Assembly: GCA_963977445.1 (NCBI GenBank)
Contig: CAXBPH010000046.1
Coordinates: forward strand, 1-33,947
Length of the DNA stretch: 33,947 nt
Reading direction: 5' to 3'
DNA from: an uncultured bacterium
Lineage (GTDB): Bacteria; Hydrogenedentota; Hydrogenedentia; Hydrogenedentales; JAEUWI01
The notes under the pieces are model-generated. The model was not told the origin of the DNA and did no database searches. It saw only the letters and a list, made by a program, of their open reading frames with translations. Positions 1 through 9,404 of this stretch are shown here, in pieces. Each line of letters starts with the position of its first letter. Within the stretch, counting starts at the first letter, position 1. Position numbers and translations under genes: made by a program.

Positions 1-76
1 TTCAAGGAAACACCGCACCGAGGAAAGAAAAGAGGCCTTAAGTAAGCGCCATTCGAGCAGTCCCCGGTGTAGTCCC

Positions 77-949
77 CTAACGCCCCAGAAACTTCACGAT
101 ATACTCGATCACTTCGTCTTTCGCGTCTTCCAGGATATAGTGGCCACAATCGGGGAAACGATGGACTTCGGCCAGGGGAAATTCATCGGTCCAACGCTTG
201 AGGAAGTGTTTGTCGAAGACGAAGTCGAGCATGCCCCAGCAGATGAGCATAGGGCGATCTTGAAACTGCTTCGCCTTGAGCTCCACTTCGGTGACAATCG
301 GATAGGCCTTGTCTTCGCCTCGGAGGGGGATATCCTGCACGAAGCGGAGTGTGGCAATGCGGTTCTCCCAGGAGTCGTAGGGCGCACAATAGGCATCGCG
401 GATCTCCTTCGACATGGGGTTGCGTTTGCAGCCGACGGTCGCGGCACCCCGTGCAAAAGCATTGCAGCCGCGAACGAGGAGGGTTCCCAGCCAGGTGTTC
501 CGGCAGATCCACAGGCCCAGGGGGAGGGGCTTGGTGTCGGGGAGGTGAAAGGCAGAGGTGTTCAGGATGACCAGTTGCTTCACCCGCTCAGGATGACGGG
601 TGGCCCAGGCCATACCAATCATGCCGCCCCAGTCATGGAGCACCAGGGTGATGTTTTCTGTGAGGCCCAAGTGATCGAGCAGCGATTCCAGATCATCGAC
701 GCGCCGTTTCAGGGTGTATTCGTATTGGTCATCATCGGGCTTGTCGGACAGACCACAGCCGATATGATCGGGCGCGATACAGCGATAGTTGTCCTTCAGG
801 GCGGTGATGAGATTGCGGTAATAAAAGGACCACGACGGATTGCCATGGACCATGACCACGGGGTCGCCCTGGCCTTCATCGACGTAGGAGTATTTGAGGC
901 CATCACGGTTGATGTGGTGGTTTTTAAAGGGGAAATCGGGGTAATGCAT
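77..949 (-). CDS. oleB: OleB, beta-lactone decarboxylase (alpha/beta hydrolase, haloalkane dehalogenase subfamily III-like)
   Basis: 290 aa. Motifs VHGNPSW, nucleophile elbow HDWGG, WGMLDFVF acid and GHYILED His. Directly downstream of oleA. Confidence 0.85.
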   Translation of the reverse strand: MHYPDFPFKNHHINRDGLKYSYVDEGQGDPVVMVHGNPSWSFYYRNLITALKDNYRCIAPDHIGCGLSDKPDDDQYEYTLKRRVDDLESLLDHLGLTENITLVLHDWGGMIGMAWATRHPERVKQLVILNTSAFHLPDTKPLPLGLWICRNTWLGTLLVRGCNAFARGAATVGCKRNPMSKEIRDAYCAPYDSWENRIATLRFVQDIPLRGEDKAYPIVTEVELKAKQFQDRPMLICWGMLDFVFDKHFLKRWTDEFPLAEVHRFPDCGHYILEDAKDEVIEYIVKFLGR

Positions 950-1060
950 AGAGGAAAAACCTTCATGAATATTGACGGCGATGTGCCGGAAAATTCTTGG
1001 TTTTGGGTACTAAATGACCCGTGGGGTCTATAGTAACTGGTTTGTTGCGGGATTTCATAC

Positions 1061-1083
1061 GTCCCATTGGTCCTATAGGTCCT
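1061..1083. repeat. Short 9-bp-period repeat (gtcccattg gtcctatag gtcct)
   Basis: Same GTCCCA-type family as 2333-2368 and 13090-13110. Confidence 0.55.
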
Positions 1084-1109
1084 GAATCGTGAGGTGAAGA
1101 CGGGTTCTG

Positions 1110-1132
1110 TTTAACCACGAATGAACACGAAC
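1110..1132 (+). repeat. TTTAACCAC-type short intergenic repeat (tttaaccacgaatgaacacgaac)
   Basis: Shares the tttaaccac start and repeated aacac units with 30307-30338. Confidence 0.45.
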
Positions 1133-1152
1133 GCTGGGACGGCGTGTTTTTC

Positions 1153-2196
1153 CTACCAGCGCAAGCCCAGCATCATACAATTCAGCCCGCTACCGATACC
1201 GAGGAAGGCCACCTCATCACCGGACTTCAAAAAGCCCCGTTCGTGGGCGATAGCGGCGGTCAGTGGCAAGGACACGGTGCCCATGTTACCGAGGTGGCCG
1301 AAGGTGGCAAAATCCTTTTCTGCTGAGACTCCAATGGATTTCAAAATGGCGTCTTTGTTCGCATTGCCGACCTGGTGACAGATGACTTTGTCGATATCTT
1401 CCACGGACCAGCCCATTTCGTCCAACAGGGCCTGCCAGGTATCGAGACCGAGTTTTACACCGTATTTCAACACGGAAACGGCGTCGGTGGACATGAATTG
1501 CTTGCGCAGGCCATCTCCGAGATGGTCGAGGCCCCAGGTGCAGAGTCCATAGTGCTCGGGGGCCGCGAGGGAGACGCCGCCGAGGAGTTGGTGCTGGGCG
1601 TCATTGCCAAAGGAGCCGTCGGTGACCAACACGGCCACCGCGCCGGACCCACCGGTGAGGGTGGCGAGGGATTCGATGTAGAAGGCCATGGTCGGGTTGT
1701 CCAACACCTTCGCGATGGTCTCTTCCACGATGTCCCGGGCGGTTTCTGCTGATACAACCAGGCCCGCGCGTATTTGACCGAGCTGGATACGGTTGGCCAT
1801 ATCCAATATCCCGTTCATTACGCCCAAACATGCGTTACTGATGTCGAAGATGGCGGTATTGCCGCCAATCTGGAAGGCAGATGCGACACGACAGGCCGTT
1901 GCGGGTTCGAAGTTGTCCCTGCCGACGCCACAGTAGACCACCGCCCCAATATCTCGCGGCGTGACCGGGGATTGGGAGAAGGCTTTTGTCGCGGCAGCGA
2001 TGGCACCATCACTGAGGGCATAGCCCTTGGGCCACCAGCGCCGTTCCTGGATACCGGTGAGGGATTCCAGTTGGCCGTGGGGGATGTGGAGGGCACTGTA
2101 GAGGGGCTCGAGTTCGTCTTCGAGTTCTTCGGAAGAAACCACGACGGGGGCCAGGGCGTAGCCGATGGTGTCTATGTGGACGTTGGTGTATTTCAT
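1153..2196 (-). CDS. oleA: OleA, thiolase-fold/KAS III-like acyl-CoA:acyl-CoA condensing enzyme
   Basis: 347 aa. TGIQERRWW, EPATA (OleA catalytic Glu), DISNACLG (Cys), CHQVG (His), GNMG (Asn), GIGSGLN. Adjacent to oleB. Confidence 0.9.
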   Translation of the reverse strand: MKYTNVHIDTIGYALAPVVVSSEELEDELEPLYSALHIPHGQLESLTGIQERRWWPKGYALSDGAIAAATKAFSQSPVTPRDIGAVVYCGVGRDNFEPATACRVASAFQIGGNTAIFDISNACLGVMNGILDMANRIQLGQIRAGLVVSAETARDIVEETIAKVLDNPTMAFYIESLATLTGGSGAVAVLVTDGSFGNDAQHQLLGGVSLAAPEHYGLCTWGLDHLGDGLRKQFMSTDAVSVLKYGVKLGLDTWQALLDEMGWSVEDIDKVICHQVGNANKDAILKSIGVSAEKDFATFGHLGNMGTVSLPLTAAIAHERGFLKSGDEVAFLGIGSGLNCMMLGLRW

Positions 2197-2238
2197 AGAA
2201 TACCTTTAAGTCTCTATTGGGAAATCTTCTTGAAGTAT

Positions 2239-2289
2239 TCGAAGCAGAGCTTCGGGGACTGCATTCCCAAGCGGAGCTTGGGAACGAGG
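2239..2289 (-). repeat. REP-like double-hairpin element, copy 1
   Basis: Reverse complement cctcgttcccaagctccgcttgggaatgcagtccccgaagctctgcttcga matches 30520-30571 nearly base for base. Confidence 0.8.
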
Positions 2290-2332
2290 AAAAGTCGGTG
2301 TTGTGGAGCCCATCGGCAACCAGTGTGTCAAC

Positions 2333-2368
2333 GTCCCACTGGTCCCACAAGTCCCACTCGTCCCACAA
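2333..2368. repeat. 4 x 9-bp tandem repeat GTCCCACNN
   Basis: gtcccactg gtcccacaa gtcccactc gtcccacaa, between pfaBC and oleA. Confidence 0.8.
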
Positions 2369-2380
2369 ATCGACATTAGT

Positions 2381-5300
2381 CTATCGCACCCGCAACGTAA
2401 AGCGTTTCATCTGGTAGATTACGCGGCCGTCCACGATGAGGAAGCCGTCGGCGTGGATCAGGCGTTGTTCATCATCCACGGACGTCACCACGGCATCCAC
2501 CGTTACGCGCTCATCGCTCGGGATGATTTGTCCGCGATAGACCCACTCGTGTTCCTGGCCCAGGGCGAGGGTTTCGAAGACCGTGTTTTCATCGACACCC
2601 CAACGCTCTTTCGCGACGATTTTCAACAGCTGCACAAAGGACTCCAGTCCCAGGGAACCGGGGCAAACGGGGTCTTGATAGAAGTGGGCCTTGAAGAACC
2701 ACGTGTCCGGCGTGACCGCCATGGTGCCCCGGATGAATCCGAGCCCATTGGGTCCGCCCTTGGGGTCAAAGACGCTGACTTCATCGACCATGCCCCATTC
2801 GCGATCGGGGAACGGCGCGGTATCGGGATAGGGGAAGGGCGCGTTGCAGGCGCACTCGCCATCGGTGGGTTCATACAACACCGCTTCGCGGATGCCCACC
2901 TGGTCGGCCAGGGCTTGCTGGGAGAAGAAACCGAAATAGGTGGTGCCTTCATAGATGCACCCGCCAGCGCCGTGGACCGCCATATGGTAGTGCTGGATAA
3001 TCATACCGCCGGAATTGGAGACGGCCGTCATTTTTACCTGCACGGTGATGGTGCCGGTGTTGTTGGTAACCGGCAAATGCTGGATGGCCTTGCCACCGAG
3101 GTTACGGAACTTGAGGTCCACGTCGCTCGTGAGGGCGGAGCCGCAATAGGCCGCGAGCCAGCCGCAGGGCTGGAGGGCCACTTCGAGCAGCACAGCGAAG
3201 GGCATCTCGGGCTGGCGGTTCGCGGCGAAGTACCACTCGTCGGCGGGGATATCGTATTGGGCCTCTACCGTCGCCCCGGCTTCGAGCACGAAGGGCTCGC
3301 CCGTGACTGCGGTTACGCGATCGAGAAACTGATAGGGCGGCTGGGGCAGACGGGCGATTTTGCGGGGTTGGCCTTCATCGAAAATGGCATAGGGCGCGCC
3401 GAAACCTTCGGAGGGATTCCCCTGGGAGTAGGCGAGGATCTTGTTGTAGTCATAGACGGCGGGCTTGGGCTGGCCGAGCTTGGGGGCAGCACCATCCCAC
3501 AGGGCTTCGAGGGCTTCGCGGGTCTGACCCTGCAGTTGGATGGCCATGTTGCCAATATCCACTATGGCCTTGCCATCGGCATACATGCGGGCATCGGCGA
3601 TAGCATAGGGCTGGGGACCATAGCCGAGCTCTTTGATGTTGACCTCGTAGGTAACCTTTTTCGTCGTCTCCAACACCTGACCGCGACACTTGAGCTTACC
3701 GGTAACGCCGGGACGGGGTTCCCAATAGGCCGTGTCCGCTTCGGCGACCCAGCCCATGCGCATGAGGTAAATGCGGAGGGTATGGAGGCAGCATTCAAAC
3801 ATGAGGGTGCCGGGCATGACCTTGTCGTCGACAAAATGGCAGGTAATAAACCAGTCATCGGGATGGATATCGGCCTCGGCCACGATTTTGCCCAGACCAT
3901 AGCGGCCACCGCCGGGGGTCAATTCCAGAACGCGGTGGACGAGATTCATTTTGCCATCGGGGATACGGACGGGATTCTGCAGGCCGAGCCCCTGGAATGC
4001 GTTGCCGAAACAGCCGACCAGGTCACCGACGCGAAGGGCGTTTACCTGGGCGTCGTTGTATTGAGCCGGGGCCATCGCTACCAAGTCGCGCCAGTCATCG
4101 GCACGGGTGCCGTGATTGTTTTGCAGGTCCAGGCGCGAGTCGACGACACCCTGCCCAGCGGCCAGGTCGGCGTCGGTGAAGAATCCCGCACAGCCGTTGC
4201 GCATGGTGAGCAGGGGCTTCCCATCTACCGTGGCATCAAAATAGAACTTGAAGAACCAGGGGTTGCCATGGCGGAAAAAATGTTCGATGTGGATGTCGTA
4301 GCGAATCACCTGACCCGCCACAGGGGTGTGATCGTGGAAGGTAACCTCCGCGTCGAGGAGGCGATACATGGCGTGGCCCTTGGTTTCGAAATCGATGCCA
4401 AGATAGGCAGAGAGAAAGAGATCGGCCTGACCGGCTTCCACCGCGACACACGTGGGAATGTGGCCCCCGTCGAGATACCAGCCATTGGGTAATACGTCGT
4501 GTTCCGTAACCACGCGGCCTGCGCCCATGGAGCGGGGCGTGCCTTCGAGCGCGGTGATGCGGTCCACGAGCATGAGGGGTTCGTCGGGAAGGCGCACGCG
4601 GGTCGGGTGATTGTCTATTTCGGCAAAGTCGGGGCCAAGCATCTTACCGATCGTGCCAATGGCAAATTCCATGCACTGGTCCCGATCGAATACCACGTCG
4701 CTACGGGCGGGCGTCTGGGGCGGAGACGTTGGCGTTGGGGTTGGGATTGGCAGTTCCATGGTGGCACCGGGCGCGGCGAGCAACTGCATCTGCCAGGAAA
4801 TTCCCTCGGCCAGCGTACCTTGCATGAGATCGGCAAAGGCCAGGTATTGGGCATGGGCGGCGGCCGTCGCGGCTTCGGCCTGGACCATGCCATCGAGCAA
4901 GGGCGATGCACTCGCGGCGATGGGCTGTAAGCCTTGGGGCATTTCGGCAGCGCGCGGTATCGTCCTTGGCGCAGGTTGGGCCGTCGTGTATGCAGGCGCA
5001 TTTCTCGGTGCAGTGTCTCTGCTGTCTCTGTTGTCCCTGCCGTCTTTCAAAACTCGGGCACTGTCGCGACGGGCTTCGGCCAGAACCGGCTCGGGTTTAC
5101 GGGCTCTCGGCACCTCGAAAGGATCACCGCCTACTTGTACACGAACCACGGGCTTGTCCGCATCGGACGTTGAGTTTACGGAAACCTCATGTCCATAAAG
5201 GGCTTCCAGATTCACCGGAATACCTTCGGCAATGAGGTGGCCGAGGGTGCGCAACACGAGCGAAGTGGCGTCCTGCCCTTTGTAACAGACGGCGCGGGCG

Positions 5301-8300
5301 AGGTGGGGTTTGTCGGCAAGGATGCGGGAAATCATGCGACTGCACGAATTGCCCGGTCCCATCTCGACGAAAAAACGGACGCCCTGTTCGTAGGCAGCTT
5401 CGACGACGGCGGGGAAATCGACGCCGTCGATGGCCTGGGCCAATACGGAGTCGGCGGCCTTTTCACGGCTGACGGGATAGGCCTTGCCCCAGGCGCCGCT
5501 GTAAAACTGGACTCCCTGCGGCGGTGTGGTGTTGAAGAGGTGTAAGTCGCGGTATTCGTCTTCCACTTCTTTCACCACGTCGCAATGGACGGTGGTGACC
5601 CCTTCGAGGGGGATAAACTGGCATTCCAGTTTGGCGATGAGTTTTTCGACCGCTTTTCGGTTGCCGCCGATGACGGTTTCCTGGAACGTGTTGGCTATCA
5701 GGGGGTAAACCTGCTTGCGCCGTTTCAGGGCTTGTTTGGCCACTTTCATGGGCCGATCGACGACGCCCAGCACCCAGTCCACCGTGTCTTTGCCAGGGAG
5801 GGACCAGGCGCGACGGGCCGCATCACAATCGCCCGCGAGTTCGTGGGTGAAGAGGCGGGAACCGGCGATACGGTCGAGCATGGCATCCCGGTCGCGCCAC
5901 GCACGGAGCGAGAAGAGTCCGGCCGTTTCGCCGAGGCTGTAACCAATGACGGCCTGGGGCTCAATGCCAAAACTGCGGACGAGATCACTGACGCCGGTGC
6001 CGAGGGAAACCTGCCCGAAGATGAGGACCTTGTGGTTGTCGCTCAGATCGCCGATATCGTTCTTCCAAAACACATCGGATTGATATTGCTGGCGGAGGAA
6101 TTTGTTTTCACGGTCCTGCTGACGGAGAATCTCCGGCCATTGGGCGAAGAGTTCCCGTCCCATGCCGGCGTAGTGATTTCCCGAACCGGGGAAGACAAAG
6201 GCGATTTTTCCAGCGGTGCCGAGGGGGGCGGGGGCGTAAAAAATCCGGTCGCGCGCCATGAGGGCGGCGGGGTGCTGGTGCATGCCACCGATGCCCTGCT
6301 CGGGAGTCGTTTCGAGATGGTGGCGAACGAACTCCAGTTGCTCCAGCAACTCGGAGGCCGAGCGGGTGATAAATGCAACAGCGCGATGTCCCTTTTTCGC
6401 GCCCAGGGGATTGCTCTTCCACCACGTGCGGGCCATGGCTTCGATGGGGGCCTTGTGGTCAAGGCCTTTCTTCAGCGTGTCAATACCACGGAGGAGGTGG
6501 GCGGCGCTTTCCCCTGCGATAACGAAGAGGGCCTCGCTGCGATTGCCCAGGGGTTGTGTGGTCTGGCAGGTGCTTGGGGCGGCTTCCAAGACGACGTGGG
6601 AAACATTGCCACCGACACTCATGGCACTCACAGAAGCACAGCGAGGACCATGGGCCCGATCGTGGAGCCAATATTGGGGACCTTCGGGGGCCCAGAGTCG
6701 ACTATTGTTTTCGGTGAGTGACTCGAGCGGACGGGTCACGTTGCGCAAGGGCGGGATAATTTCATGATGGAGGCACAGAGACGCTTTCAGGACGCTGGCG
6801 AGGCCTGCGGCCGCTCCGGTGTGGCCGATGTCGTTCTTGGTGCTGCTCACATAACAGTGCTGGCGGTCGGTTGTGGGGTCGTCGTGGGTAAAGCGGGCTG
6901 CGAGAGCCTGGGCTTCACACTGGTCTTCCTGTTCGATACCGCTACCGTGGGTTTCCACGAGGGACACCGCGCTCGTTTCACAATGGGCTTCCTGGAAGGC
7001 CCGTTCCATGGCGGCCTGATAGGGAGCGGGAGTCAGTGATTCATCGACACCGCCCTGGGAGGCGTGGCCAAGTCCCTTGATGACGGCGTAGACTACATCG
7101 CCATCGCGTTCGGCGTCGTCGAGACGTTTGAGTACGAACGCCGTGGCCCCTTCACCGAAGAGGGTGCCGTCGGAGCCCGTATTGAAGCCGGCCCCTTCGC
7201 CTGTGGGGGAATAGGGACTGTGGCGGTGGGCCGAGAGCATGGCGCGAACATCGCCTGCCAGATCAACCGCGCCGACGATGGCCTGGTTAAGTTCCTTGTG
7301 TTGGAGGGCACGAACGGCACCTTCCAATGCGCGAATGCCAGAGCATTCTTCACTGGAGATCGTAAAGCTCGGACCACCGCAGCGAAGTTCTCGTGCAATG
7401 CGGCTGGCAACCACGCTGGCCAGGGCACCCATGGTGCGGTTTGCGGAGAGGGCAGGGCCCGCGGCATCCCGCAAGGTGTCGAGGTAATTCGCCACCGCTT
7501 CGGGGCCCACATCGCCGCCCTGGGCTTTGGCCCACGCGGCGGCTTTATTCAGCAGGGACCAGCGCACATTAAAGTTGGTGGTGTTCAGGTCGAGGCCAAG
7601 GCCGATGTAGACCCCGGTTTTTGCATCGCCATCACCGGTGTTGCCTGCGTGTTCCCAGGCATTAACGGCGACCTGGAGCATGAGCAATTGCTGGGGCAGC
7701 ATCTCTTCCAGCTCGCGGGGCGGAATCTTGAATCGATCGATTCGTCCAGTAACGTCACCGATGCCATAGCCCTTGAAGGCATTGCGGCTGAGTCCAGCGC
7801 GGCGATACCACGCACTATCTTCTACACCCCACCAATGGGCGGGGGCTTCGGGCGCATGGACTTCACCACCGCCCAGGAGTCGCTCACGAACGGCATCAAG
7901 CGTTTTCCAGGGGCCGAAGTGGGCATCCATACCGACGATAGCGATGGGGCACTCGGGGCCTTCGAGGGGCTCAAAGTTACCCTTCATTTCGGCTTCGGGT
8001 GCGGTCCATTCCTCAATCAAGACGTGGGCGTTGATGCCGCCAAAACCAAAGGCACTTACGCCCGCGCGACGGGGCGAATCGGATTCCCACGGGGCACTTT
8101 CCTTGCGGACCTGGAAGGGACTCGTGTCCAGTGCCCAGCTCGACGGGGATTGCACATAACTTGCTGTAGGGGGCAGGGCCTTGTGGCGGATAGCCAGCAA
8201 TACCTTCAGCATGGCCGCAGAACCGGCGGCCGTGAGGGTGTGGCCGATGTTCGACTTTACCGAGCCCAGGGTGCACTGGCGTGACTGCCAGCCGTCGTCG

Positions 8301-9334
8301 CCCCAGAGTTCTTTGAGACTCTCTACTTCGACGGCGTCACCTACGGACGTTCCCGTGGCGTGACATTCGATGAGATCGACGGATTGGGGTGTCCACCCGG
8401 CTTCTTCATAGGCCGCGCGCATGGCACGGAGCTGGCCCTCGTTGGTGGGGGCAAGCAGACGTCCACCCACGTCATTGGACAGGCCGATTCCGCGTATGAC
8501 CCCATGAATGGCGTCCCCATCGGCGACCGCATCTTCGAGACGCTTGAGTACGAAAATACCCGAGCCTTCACCGACGACCAGACCGTCCCCGGCTTCATCG
8601 AAGGGGGTGCAGATGCCCGTGGGGGAAAGGGCCCGCAATTGGGCAAAGCCCATCTGGGTGTAGAGCGGATCGGGACGAGATACGCCCCCGGCCAGCATGA
8701 CATCGGCCCGACCGGACTGGAGTTCGTCGACCGCCAGTTTTACCGCATAGAGGGATGAAGCGCAGGCGGCATCGAGGGTGTAGGTGCCTCCACCGAGCCC
8801 GAGGGCCTTCGCCAACACCGCAGCGGGGAGTCCCGTCACATAACGATTCAGGGGATGTACAGGGGCAGGAGTTTCTGCGTCGCCCAGGAGTTTTTCTTCA
8901 AAGGTACGCCCGAGAATTTCGCGGGCCAGGGCTGACGATGTTTCCGTGGGGAGAGCAAGGTTACCGACGATAACGCCCGTCGTCTCGTGATTCCAGTTCT
9001 CCGCCTTGGCATCACGGAGGGCCATGTGCCCCGCATAGAGCAGCACCTGATAGACCGGGTCGAGGGCCTGGATGAGCTCCGGGTCAATCTGCAAGTCGCC
9101 CATATCGAGGTGGAGGGCCTCTCCATCGATAAAGCAACCCCGTTTGGAGTAGACATGATCGGCGGTGCCTACGCCGGCATCGAAGGCGTCATCGGCGGAC
9201 AAGATCCACCGGTCTGCAGGCGCTTCTTTGGCGGAGGCTTTCGCCCCGACAATGTTTTTCCAAAAGGCGTCGGGCGTGGGGGCGTCGGGAAAGATGCCGC
9301 CCATGCCAACGATAGCGATAGCAGGTTTTTTCAT
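2381..9334 (-). CDS. pfaBC: Fused PfaB/PfaC-type PUFA synthase subunit: KS - chain length factor - AT - FabA-type dehydratase/isomerase domains
   Basis: 2317 aa. Active KS (DAACASS, ECHATGT, NIGH); second KS with Cys replaced by Glu (SSEECSG); AT (FPGSG, GYSLG); two catalytic FabA motifs (CHFVDDKVMPG, AHFYQDPVCPG), each preceded by a His-less pseudo-DH. Confidence 0.92.
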   Translation of the reverse strand: MKKPAIAIVGMGGIFPDAPTPDAFWKNIVGAKASAKEAPADRWILSADDAFDAGVGTADHVYSKRGCFIDGEALHLDMGDLQIDPELIQALDPVYQVLLYAGHMALRDAKAENWNHETTGVIVGNLALPTETSSALAREILGRTFEEKLLGDAETPAPVHPLNRYVTGLPAAVLAKALGLGGGTYTLDAACASSLYAVKLAVDELQSGRADVMLAGGVSRPDPLYTQMGFAQLRALSPTGICTPFDEAGDGLVVGEGSGIFVLKRLEDAVADGDAIHGVIRGIGLSNDVGGRLLAPTNEGQLRAMRAAYEEAGWTPQSVDLIECHATGTSVGDAVEVESLKELWGDDGWQSRQCTLGSVKSNIGHTLTAAGSAAMLKVLLAIRHKALPPTASYVQSPSSWALDTSPFQVRKESAPWESDSPRRAGVSAFGFGGINAHVLIEEWTAPEAEMKGNFEPLEGPECPIAIVGMDAHFGPWKTLDAVRERLLGGGEVHAPEAPAHWWGVEDSAWYRRAGLSRNAFKGYGIGDVTGRIDRFKIPPRELEEMLPQQLLMLQVAVNAWEHAGNTGDGDAKTGVYIGLGLDLNTTNFNVRWSLLNKAAAWAKAQGGDVGPEAVANYLDTLRDAAGPALSANRTMGALASVVASRIARELRCGGPSFTISSEECSGIRALEGAVRALQHKELNQAIVGAVDLAGDVRAMLSAHRHSPYSPTGEGAGFNTGSDGTLFGEGATAFVLKRLDDAERDGDVVYAVIKGLGHASQGGVDESLTPAPYQAAMERAFQEAHCETSAVSLVETHGSGIEQEDQCEAQALAARFTHDDPTTDRQHCYVSSTKNDIGHTGAAAGLASVLKASLCLHHEIIPPLRNVTRPLESLTENNSRLWAPEGPQYWLHDRAHGPRCASVSAMSVGGNVSHVVLEAAPSTCQTTQPLGNRSEALFVIAGESAAHLLRGIDTLKKGLDHKAPIEAMARTWWKSNPLGAKKGHRAVAFITRSASELLEQLEFVRHHLETTPEQGIGGMHQHPAALMARDRIFYAPAPLGTAGKIAFVFPGSGNHYAGMGRELFAQWPEILRQQDRENKFLRQQYQSDVFWKNDIGDLSDNHKVLIFGQVSLGTGVSDLVRSFGIEPQAVIGYSLGETAGLFSLRAWRDRDAMLDRIAGSRLFTHELAGDCDAARRAWSLPGKDTVDWVLGVVDRPMKVAKQALKRRKQVYPLIANTFQETVIGGNRKAVEKLIAKLECQFIPLEGVTTVHCDVVKEVEDEYRDLHLFNTTPPQGVQFYSGAWGKAYPVSREKAADSVLAQAIDGVDFPAVVEAAYEQGVRFFVEMGPGNSCSRMISRILADKPHLARAVCYKGQDATSLVLRTLGHLIAEGIPVNLEALYGHEVSVNSTSDADKPVVRVQVGGDPFEVPRARKPEPVLAEARRDSARVLKDGRDNRDSRDTAPRNAPAYTTAQPAPRTIPRAAEMPQGLQPIAASASPLLDGMVQAEAATAAAHAQYLAFADLMQGTLAEGISWQMQLLAAPGATMELPIPTPTPTSPPQTPARSDVVFDRDQCMEFAIGTIGKMLGPDFAEIDNHPTRVRLPDEPLMLVDRITALEGTPRSMGAGRVVTEHDVLPNGWYLDGGHIPTCVAVEAGQADLFLSAYLGIDFETKGHAMYRLLDAEVTFHDHTPVAGQVIRYDIHIEHFFRHGNPWFFKFYFDATVDGKPLLTMRNGCAGFFTDADLAAGQGVVDSRLDLQNNHGTRADDWRDLVAMAPAQYNDAQVNALRVGDLVGCFGNAFQGLGLQNPVRIPDGKMNLVHRVLELTPGGGRYGLGKIVAEADIHPDDWFITCHFVDDKVMPGTLMFECCLHTLRIYLMRMGWVAEADTAYWEPRPGVTGKLKCRGQVLETTKKVTYEVNIKELGYGPQPYAIADARMYADGKAIVDIGNMAIQLQGQTREALEALWDGAAPKLGQPKPAVYDYNKILAYSQGNPSEGFGAPYAIFDEGQPRKIARLPQPPYQFLDRVTAVTGEPFVLEAGATVEAQYDIPADEWYFAANRQPEMPFAVLLEVALQPCGWLAAYCGSALTSDVDLKFRNLGGKAIQHLPVTNNTGTITVQVKMTAVSNSGGMIIQHYHMAVHGAGGCIYEGTTYFGFFSQQALADQVGIREAVLYEPTDGECACNAPFPYPDTAPFPDREWGMVDEVSVFDPKGGPNGLGFIRGTMAVTPDTWFFKAHFYQDPVCPGSLGLESFVQLLKIVAKERWGVDENTVFETLALGQEHEWVYRGQIIPSDERVTVDAVVTSVDDEQRLIHADGFLIVDGRVIYQMKRFTLRVR

Positions 9335-9404
9335 AATCTATTCCAAAATTCGGCGATGAATAGGGGGCGCTATCCCCAGGAGGTAGCGGACCACGGGCCA
9401 GGAT

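Noticed and set aside
51..76. Two AGTCCCC motifs after oleB resembling the cassette 14-mer
   Set aside because: Only 10-11 of 14 positions match, the GTCGG end is not intact, and no partner can be tested at the window edge.
77..949. Haloalkane dehalogenase call
   Set aside because: Same fold, but position next to oleA favours OleB.
1153..2196. Housekeeping FabH call
   Set aside because: The EPATA Glu and HQVG motifs and the oleB neighbour indicate OleA.
2303..8284. Long plus-strand ORFs (729, 378 and 406 aa) opposite pfaBC, and similar ones opposite pfaA, pfaD and oleB
   Set aside because: Antisense shadows of GC-rich genes with biased codon use. They have no motifs and fully overlap well-supported genes.
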